NCBI GenBank assembly: GCA_040285745.1
Contig: JAUFOR010000005.1
Span: 124,001 to 188,000 of the forward strand
From: Barthelona sp. PCE
Taxonomy: Eukaryota
Length of the DNA stretch: 64,000 nt
Direction: 5' to 3'
Numbering within the stretch: the first letter of the stretch is position 1; each line of letters begins with the position of its first letter. Positions 51,376-59,135 of this stretch are shown here, in pieces. The notes beneath the pieces are model-generated. The model was not told the DNA's origin and did no database searches. It saw nothing but the letters and a program-made list of their open reading frames with translations. The translations under genes and the position numbers were made by a program.

Positions 51376-52686
51376 ATGACCAATCTGTCGATGTCTCTGG
51401 CGGATGCAATGCGCCCCACGCGATTCTCTGATGTTGTTGGCGAAGAAAATCGTACAATCATCGACAGTCTCCGCAAAACGTTCGAGATCGGAGCTCCCGC
51501 AAGCTTTGTGCTACATGCACCGCCGGGCACGGGAAAGACGACCATTATTAGGATGCTGGGGAAACGCTTTGAGTGTATTTTTGTGGAAACCAACGGGGCG
51601 CACTTAAATGTTAAAGGTATTAGGGACATCATCGAGAAGGCTGCCAATGCGCGCCGTTTCAACAAACAATTACTGTTGTTTATTGATGAAATCCATGCCC
51701 TGCGTAAAAATCAAATTGACACGTTATTGGCAAGTGTAGAGAATAATTCTGTGGTCTTGGCCGGTGCAACAACCGAGAACCCAAGCGTCAGCATTAACAA
51801 AGCTTTACTTAGTAGACTTCATGTGTACAGACTACAAGCACCCACAGTTAATGAGATAGTTTTTCTTTTACAGAGGGCATTGGACGACGTAAAGCGCGGG
51901 TATGGCCGCTATAACATCCTAATTAGTGACGAACTGGTTGAATTGATAGCAAGAATGGCAAACGGTGATTGCAGACGGGCTCTCAACATTTTAGAATTAT
52001 CAGTCAAACAAGTAATCACTATCAACCCTGAAGATAGGGTCCTTGTTACCAAGAGGATCGTTGAAAAAGTAGTGCAGGGAAGTGTTGCAATTTTTGATAA
52101 AAGAGGAGATTCGTACTACGCGCTGATGTCTGCTTTCATCAAATCCATGCGAGCCAGTGACGCAGAGAGTGCGTGCTACTACTGTGCAAGGCTCTTAGAG
52201 GGAGACCCATTGGCTGTCACACGGCGCATGATAGTTTTTGCGTCGGAGGACATTGGGCTGACATGTAACGAGGCGCTACGCATGGCAGTGACATGTGCCG
52301 ACGCTGTGAAACACGTAGGGATGCCGGAGATAGCAATGACAATTTTCCAAACTGTTGTTTTCCTCGCTCAAGCTCCGAAATCCGCAGCAGTATGTGGAAT
52401 AATGTCAAAAGCTATGCAGAACGCCACAGTGTTCCCATCATCCTATCCCCCGCCTATAATACAAAATCCTTTATCGGAGTTAGACCGTGAAGCGGGTATT
52501 GGACGTGGGTATGATCGCACATACCAAGTACGTCATCAAGGTGAACTGCTACCCCGTGATGTCCGTGGAAACTTCCGCTACACTATGATCATGCAGGAGG
52601 GAGATATGAAGATTCCACCAAAACATAATGGTGGTGAGAATACCGCTGTACCAATGGGGTCAATACCTTCTTTTACTGAAACATGA
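51376..52686 (+). CDS. rarA: Replication-associated recombination AAA+ ATPase, RarA/MgsA/WRNIP1 family, without UBZ finger
   Basis: LADAMRP, HAPPGTGKTT, LFIDEIH, GATTENPS, NKALLSR, NGDCRRALN, SAFIKSMRASD, RRMIVFASEDIG. Confidence 0.93.
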   Translation: MTNLSMSLADAMRPTRFSDVVGEENRTIIDSLRKTFEIGAPASFVLHAPPGTGKTTIIRMLGKRFECIFVETNGAHLNVKGIRDIIEKAANARRFNKQLLLFIDEIHALRKNQIDTLLASVENNSVVLAGATTENPSVSINKALLSRLHVYRLQAPTVNEIVFLLQRALDDVKRGYGRYNILISDELVELIARMANGDCRRALNILELSVKQVITINPEDRVLVTKRIVEKVVQGSVAIFDKRGDSYYALMSAFIKSMRASDAESACYYCARLLEGDPLAVTRRMIVFASEDIGLTCNEALRMAVTCADAVKHVGMPEIAMTIFQTVVFLAQAPKSAAVCGIMSKAMQNATVFPSSYPPPIIQNPLSELDREAGIGRGYDRTYQVRHQGELLPRDVRGNFRYTMIMQEGDMKIPPKHNGGENTAVPMGSIPSFTET

Positions 52687-52691
52687 TTCCT

Positions 52692-55600
52692 TTACATTAA
52701 ACGTTGTCTGGCTTCCTCAATCATTTGCAAGGTCAAGATTTGGGCAGGAGCAGCACCTCTACTGCAAGAATGCGATGTACATCTGGGATTAAGACAATTG
52801 AAACAAAAGCTCTTTCCGCATGTGCAAGCCATAGAACAACAACCAGTCGCGTGGTAGATGCGCGCAAAGCAGTACGGGCATAATCTCAAACACGGGAACT
52901 TTTTCCCTTGAGCCCTTGGTGCATCACGCAACTCCTGATTGATATTATCAATCTCCTTCTGTGTCCACTGGCTCAATCTATCAATGATAGCTGATTTAAA
53001 TTGCGTGGGAAGAACTCCATTCATAGCCATTCGAAGCGATTCTGAAATAATTTTTGGTGTATTCGGTAAACGCAATAAACAATCACATAATGCAACGGAA
53101 GGTAGCATTAATCGATCAGGTTGTAAAACAACACGGAAATCAACCATTTTCTGTGAATTTGTTAACCAAAATACCAGCCTTAAACGTTCATCACTATTCA
53201 TATTATCAATTGCTGCTCTTAATGATGTAGAAAGATCATTCGGTATTTCAGTACAATCAAGGTGGCCCATGAGCTGCTCGGTTGAGAAACGGGGGGCACA
53301 GCTGATGAGAGAACGTGCCTCCTTGTGAGACAACGTAATTCTCAAATTTTGTATTACTGGATGTCTGTAAAAAATTTCATGCATGATATTAGAGACTCCC
53401 TCATACTGTTCTGTGACCTGCTTCATCATACATCCAACGAATTCATCTAAATTATCTGCTGTAACTTGACGATCCTCCATACCAAACTGATTGAAATTCA
53501 AAAATTCCAAATATTCCGCTTTTTGACTATACATATTATTCATGTTCATGTACATGTCGGGCCAAGCAAACTTGAAGATAGAGCGAGTATGTAACTTGTC
53601 AAACGATGCACTAACAAATACAAATAATGAGCGTGGAACTACCGTTGATGGAACATTGACTTGAAACACTAGACACGTTAGTAGGAAACCTACAATGGCC
53701 ATATTGGCTTCGTATGACAGCGTGGTATCCACTTCACCCTCAATGAACAATTTTAACATATGAGGATTCTCACAAATATAATCAATTAATGAAGAGAGTC
53801 CAATTGGCTCTGTTGGGTTGGTAGCCAATGCAAAGCGCACGCCAAAGAAGGCATCGTCATCATCAACTAAAGCTGTGAAACGTTTATAATCCACAAATAC
53901 TTTTATGAAGAATTCTGTGAATGTTTCACCAGGAAGCTGTTCATACGTCAACGCCAACGCTTCGTCGGTCACTATGTTACCGCTATCTGCCCTATCTGAT
54001 GCAATACGCATTGAATCGACTCGATAATCAGTAAAAACGGCCTTCAACAACATTAATCTGTCAGTCACGACCGTTTTAGTGAACTCCGGCTGCCAGCCAA
54101 ACATGACATCAATGGAAGGACGCAGTGTAACATCCTGAGAACAACATCTCTTTATCAAATCCAATGGAGCTTCATCTATCAGATCATCCCATCTTTCAAG
54201 GTCAAGTGTTTCATGATCTGATGCATAGATGAACATGAGGGTCCTACCCAATGCAAAAATATCACTAGCAAATGAGTAAGATTTTCCACTGATTATCTCT
54301 GGTGCTATGAATGATACCGTTCCAACCATTGTTTTACCAAAAGTATTCATTGTCTGATACACGTTGACAGCGGTTCCAAAGTCGCATAATTTAACCGTGT
54401 TCACATCCCACACTAAAACATTTTGTGGTTTTGCATCTCGCCAGATAAACCCCATTTTGTGGATTGTGAATATACACCTGATCAAACTTACTGCCAGATG
54501 ATGACGATCATTCACACTGAGCTCGTTGGTCGCCAAATAACGCATTAAGTCATAAGGTGCCTTTTCTAACTCAACACTTATATATTCTATAAAGGGTTCA
54601 TCCTCGTACTCTGTATTAAGCACAAAACGTACACCTTCAATACCAACGAAACTGGGGTCTCCTCTCAGAAGAACACGTAGTTCACGACGCAACATCTTAC
54701 ATTTCTGTATAAATTGAGCGTCAGACAAATCTTCTGATTGTTTGTCAACATAAAACAATTTGTACACGATATCTTCACCAATGACCAAATCATCGCGGCC
54801 CTTCAGCCTGCCGGTGAGATACTTACTAGAATTAACTACACTAATATTGCAAGTAAAACGTAAAGAACTTAACCCAAATGCATTAATAATATCCTTCAAA
54901 TTCGCATTCATCGAAATACGTTCATTGACGAATACCATATCCTTGGTGACTGTAGTGAGTGACTCTTGCACTGTAGAACACAATGGAATGAACGCAAATG
55001 GTGTGAGCCTGTTCAACAGCGACTTGCTTTCTTCGATACGGTCTGCAATAGTATTAAGCTCAATGTTTTTGGTCGTGGACGTATTTCTTCGGCTTGGTTT
55101 TGTGGCAGTTATTAGTTGGCCCTCCGCTGTTGACAGCACATCTTTCAGTGATTCGAGTGCAACAAGAACATCAACAACCACATCACAGTACACTGGAAGC
55201 AGTTCCATGACAGCAGGGTCGACGTCGCTGGGCATATTTTGAAGCGCACCAATGATTACCTCAGAAATACCCTCAGGTAAGGTAAAATTTTTCACTTTTT
55301 CAATCAATATCTCAAAACTATGCTTGTGGTCCACTAACATTTGTTTCTCGCTTAATCTCAGACATCTCTCTCGCATTTCTCTGTTGAATTCAAGGTCTAC
55401 ACCCATATCTGTCTTTGTTTGCAAGGTACTAAAGAAATTCAAATCTTGAATAGTAACAAATAAATCTTCTAATTCATTATTCATATCCAGTGTCTTTCTC
55501 AGATACGTAATCAGACCGTTTATGTTGGAACGAGTTGCTTTTGTTGTACAACTTTTGATAAAAGTACCACGCTTTTGAGTAACTGAATAAATACTACAAT

Positions 55601-56897
55601 CGTCCAACCTTATAGAGAGTATATGTCTAGAGAACGATGCAGACTCGATGATTGCGGGGAAATACATTCGTTCAAAAATACCACTACCGATATCAAAACA
55701 TGAGACAGAAGTTTCATCATGCCAGATAATAAATGGAGTACTCATAAAAGTGTTAGGCAACTTCTTCAATGAACAATGACCTTCAAAAATGGTAGTGCGG
55801 TCCTCTATGTCAACAATTTGCAAAACATCACTGCATAATACAGCCATATAGAGCCCATTATCATCTATAACAGCAGATAATACTGGTGCTGCAAAATCAA
55901 ACTCAGCGATAGGTTCAGAGGCAAAATTGGGTGATTCATATGACCATCTTGTGATAGAACCATTAGGATCAACGGTAATAAAAACTGTTCTTTCAAAATT
56001 ACACTCAATCACAGCTATATGCGTATTTTGAGTAGAACCTTGATTACTGAACGACATCTTACCTGCCTCTCCGTTCCAGAAATGCAAGAGACGTTCTCCA
56101 TTAATAGATATCAAATCTTTATGTACAACACAAATCTTCAGAATTTCATGAGGAGAACCTAAAAGCTTTTTGATTTTTTCACCAATCATATTACATTTGA
56201 CAATTGACTTATCGATCGATCCTGTAAAGAAATATTCTTTGGTATTAGATGAAACAATACAACTGATACGTTTTTTTTGCCATTTATGTTTTCCTAATAT
56301 TTTTCCTTCAATGTCACATACAACAATAGTTCCATCAATAAATCCTACCGCAAAAACATCCCTGCTGATGAAGGAACAAGCTGTAATTTGGCTGTTGAAA
56401 TTTGAGATTGATAAATCATTGTGTTGTACAACGTTAATATTAAATAATGTTTCCATATCATTACGGATTTGAATCATACCTTTGCCACAAACAAGTGTGT
56501 GCAATCCATCCTCAGAAATAGCAAGACAAGATACAGATTCTAAAACTTGAGTTCTAGAAATTATTCCTTCCTTATTTATGATACATAGACTACCATCATT
56601 AAGACCGCATGCTACAGAGCCGTTCGGCACCACCGCAATATCATTGATCTTGTATGGAAGCGTTACTTCGCCTCTGATATTAATATCACTTGTAAAAAAA
56701 ATTTTATCGTTGGATTTAATAACCAACAATTCCAACCCGCTTGAATAGAGGATGTCTTCGCATCTAAATGAGAATGCACCCGGAATTGTGGTTTTGTTGA
56801 ACGGTAGTCGTGCATTAAAGTGTTCTGAGTTCGAATTTGAGTTGAACTTTTGGAGAACTACCTTGTTCTCGTGTACTACAGGCAGTGTTTCAAGCAT
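52692..56897 (-). CDS. WD40-like repeats, helical linker, protein kinase, HECT-like and Rcat/RING2-like multidomain protein
   Basis: WD-like (FAVGFIDGTIVV, FFTGSIDKSI); kinase IWRDAKPQNVLV, DFG, GTVSFIAPE, SDIFALG; EDRQVTADNLDEF, LPSVALCDCLLRLP; CPYCFARIYHATGCCSMACTCGKSFCFNCL. First ATG at 56897. Confidence 0.85.
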   Translation of the reverse strand: MLETLPVVHENKVVLQKFNSNSNSEHFNARLPFNKTTIPGAFSFRCEDILYSSGLELLVIKSNDKIFFTSDINIRGEVTLPYKINDIAVVPNGSVACGLNDGSLCIINKEGIISRTQVLESVSCLAISEDGLHTLVCGKGMIQIRNDMETLFNINVVQHNDLSISNFNSQITACSFISRDVFAVGFIDGTIVVCDIEGKILGKHKWQKKRISCIVSSNTKEYFFTGSIDKSIVKCNMIGEKIKKLLGSPHEILKICVVHKDLISINGERLLHFWNGEAGKMSFSNQGSTQNTHIAVIECNFERTVFITVDPNGSITRWSYESPNFASEPIAEFDFAAPVLSAVIDDNGLYMAVLCSDVLQIVDIEDRTTIFEGHCSLKKLPNTFMSTPFIIWHDETSVSCFDIGSGIFERMYFPAIIESASFSRHILSIRLDDCSIYSVTQKRGTFIKSCTTKATRSNINGLITYLRKTLDMNNELEDLFVTIQDLNFFSTLQTKTDMGVDLEFNREMRERCLRLSEKQMLVDHKHSFEILIEKVKNFTLPEGISEVIIGALQNMPSDVDPAVMELLPVYCDVVVDVLVALESLKDVLSTAEGQLITATKPSRRNTSTTKNIELNTIADRIEESKSLLNRLTPFAFIPLCSTVQESLTTVTKDMVFVNERISMNANLKDIINAFGLSSLRFTCNISVVNSSKYLTGRLKGRDDLVIGEDIVYKLFYVDKQSEDLSDAQFIQKCKMLRRELRVLLRGDPSFVGIEGVRFVLNTEYEDEPFIEYISVELEKAPYDLMRYLATNELSVNDRHHLAVSLIRCIFTIHKMGFIWRDAKPQNVLVWDVNTVKLCDFGTAVNVYQTMNTFGKTMVGTVSFIAPEIISGKSYSFASDIFALGRTLMFIYASDHETLDLERWDDLIDEAPLDLIKRCCSQDVTLRPSIDVMFGWQPEFTKTVVTDRLMLLKAVFTDYRVDSMRIASDRADSGNIVTDEALALTYEQLPGETFTEFFIKVFVDYKRFTALVDDDDAFFGVRFALATNPTEPIGLSSLIDYICENPHMLKLFIEGEVDTTLSYEANMAIVGFLLTCLVFQVNVPSTVVPRSLFVFVSASFDKLHTRSIFKFAWPDMYMNMNNMYSQKAEYLEFLNFNQFGMEDRQVTADNLDEFVGCMMKQVTEQYEGVSNIMHEIFYRHPVIQNLRITLSHKEARSLISCAPRFSTEQLMGHLDCTEIPNDLSTSLRAAIDNMNSDERLRLVFWLTNSQKMVDFRVVLQPDRLMLPSVALCDCLLRLPNTPKIISESLRMAMNGVLPTQFKSAIIDRLSQWTQKEIDNINQELRDAPRAQGKKFPCLRLCPYCFARIYHATGCCSMACTCGKSFCFNCLNPRCTSHSCSRGAAPAQILTLQMIEEARQRLM

Positions 56898-57173
56898 ACA
56901 ACGTGAAAAGAGAGGTAAAAATTTATCAAAAATCTTTTTATAACTGAGCTTTAAATACAATTTTGCACGCCGAAACCTCTTAGTTCCCCAATATGGGCCT
57001 CAAGTTTTATTGCTGAAATGGTTTACAATACTTACTTGTAAACGAAGATTAGTCAGGTACTGCTTACCACTAGAAAAACGTCTGTATACATTGTCACATC
57101 ATACTAAGGGCATCTTGACTGCCATTTTTGAAGAAACAAATCAGTTATCTAATCAATAACGTGTACACTAAAA

Positions 57174-57599
57174 ATGAACCTATTTATTTATATTTCTCTT
57201 CTTTTTGTGCTTTTAACACGCGCAAACGGGCTTGTTTATGTCGAGGACTTTGATGAAATGCTTGTATCATGTGAAGATCGATGCCTTCGTATGATTTCTC
57301 ACACTAATTCCCGTCGTTTCCAGATTTGTGAGCTTGTGTACGAGGCATTCGATGAATGGTTCCCCCAGGTAGTGTTTGGATTCATGCTAGAGATGAAGAT
57401 GCACGAGAACCAGATTTTAAAGCGTTTCAACAACGATGACCTTGTCCAGCAGGAATTCTTTTCGCTTTGTGACATAACAACACGCCACTATGCACGATCA
57501 AAAAACAACGTGGAAGCTATGAAGAAGCTCTTTAATCGCTCTCCCAAATTCCTCTCTGCAATTGGTGGGGAAAACCTTTCCAATGCGTTCAAGGAATAG
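57174..57599 (+). CDS. Small putatively secreted protein
   Basis: 141 aa, hydrophobic N-terminal signal-like peptide, four Cys. Confidence 0.55.
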   Translation: MNLFIYISLLFVLLTRANGLVYVEDFDEMLVSCEDRCLRMISHTNSRRFQICELVYEAFDEWFPQVVFGFMLEMKMHENQILKRFNNDDLVQQEFFSLCDITTRHYARSKNNVEAMKKLFNRSPKFLSAIGGENLSNAFKE

Positions 57600-57678
57600 T
57601 TTCTCCGTGCTTGTTTGTGTGTAAGTTTAAAGTTCGTATGTGACCTTTACGTTTTTTTACTCAAATCACAACTGTGAT

Positions 57679-59046
57679 ATGTCAGGGCGTCTCTGCTATG
57701 ACACCCCGCTCAGCGGGTATCTCTCAGACGACGATCTCACGCTTACATCACCAATAGATGAAGTCTGCCAACCTGCTCAGAGAACTCTTCATGTTGTATC
57801 TATTACAGGAGAAAACGATATAAACGATGGGTTTTCCTTGCTACTGGACAGCAACTGGCCGTTCAGACAACCTGTTTTTACTCGTAGAATACCTCATATT
57901 GTTATTGTAGGTTTTGGTGTTAGCGCTCATTACTTTTTAATTAATTTTATCAAAAAGGTACGCAAATACCCGCAGAAAATTATCATTACAATATTTACAT
58001 CTGATACTTATAGAAATAGAGTCAAAATCTTTGATAGTTTAATTTTTGGTGGAATTTCACCCATAACCAAGCCTACTATAACTATTTTTGAGGATCTGAG
58101 GGCTGATTTCATCTCCAAATCTCATGATCCTGATGTTTTATTCACACTAAACAACATGATTTTGATTGACGAATTGATTACTTCAATTAACGTTTATGAC
58201 AGATACCTCCTTTCATACTATAACGGCTACGAGTACGACGGCTTGGTGCTGGCGATGGGTTCGAAGCCCAGTGCACGTTATGACATGCACAATGGGCCAG
58301 GCCTTGTGCACCTGTATAGTGCTTATTCGCATCGTGCTAATCACTCTTTAATTGCATGTGCTAGCGCGTTTCTCGTCGTGGGGAGCTCGTACGATGCGTA
58401 CCTGACGTGCAGTATGCTCCGGGAAAGATATCCTACGGAACAGATTACTCTTGTTATGGATCACGATTCTTTTTGCGGTTTTCAATCATATGATACACGC
58501 AACACGAAGCTTGTGACCGACCTGAACGCCAAAGGTGTCGCTATTCTATCTAATCATCGTATTGTAACGATTCATCAAAAGGAAAACAGTGCTATCACCT
58601 ATAATATTTTAGTAACACCCATTGCTATAGCTGATGAGAACATATTTATAACAGCAAACGCAATCATTTTTGTCCCAGAACTTGTTCCAAATATAGCTTC
58701 ATTGAAGAACCCTGAAATATTTAGTGAACGAGGGATTTCAGTTCGAGATACAATGCAAATCCAGAGTTGTCGTGTAGGTCGCTCACGAATATTCCCTTTT
58801 TCCTTTGCTATCGGAAGCTGTAACGATCTAAACCCTTTACATCGTATTCACGACAGTGTTTCAATGGGTATCAGCGAGGTTGAGGGGTGCGCAGCGGGCA
58901 AGAACATGAGAAAGTTGTTGTATCATGCGCAGAGACCATGCTCAAAACGTATCCGTAAGCTGAAGCACATTAAGCATCGTCATTTGAACGACAACAATCT
59001 CAGAATGCGTAAGGTCAACGGGACCGTCCGCCCATACTGCAATTAA
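57679..59046 (+). CDS. Degenerate pyridine nucleotide-disulfide oxidoreductase (FAD/NAD-binding) family protein
   Basis: HIVIVGFGVSA, YDGLVLAMGSKP, FLVVGSS, GISVRDTMQ, FAIGSC. First ATG at 57679. Confidence 0.7.
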   Translation: MSGRLCYDTPLSGYLSDDDLTLTSPIDEVCQPAQRTLHVVSITGENDINDGFSLLLDSNWPFRQPVFTRRIPHIVIVGFGVSAHYFLINFIKKVRKYPQKIIITIFTSDTYRNRVKIFDSLIFGGISPITKPTITIFEDLRADFISKSHDPDVLFTLNNMILIDELITSINVYDRYLLSYYNGYEYDGLVLAMGSKPSARYDMHNGPGLVHLYSAYSHRANHSLIACASAFLVVGSSYDAYLTCSMLRERYPTEQITLVMDHDSFCGFQSYDTRNTKLVTDLNAKGVAILSNHRIVTIHQKENSAITYNILVTPIAIADENIFITANAIIFVPELVPNIASLKNPEIFSERGISVRDTMQIQSCRVGRSRIFPFSFAIGSCNDLNPLHRIHDSVSMGISEVEGCAAGKNMRKLLYHAQRPCSKRIRKLKHIKHRHLNDNNLRMRKVNGTVRPYCN

Positions 59047-59135
59047 ACAAACGATACAATTATGAAGTAAAAAAATTAAATTTTCTTTGAAAAATTTATT
59101 TTTGTTTATTATATCCAAAATGTACTAAAAATTAC

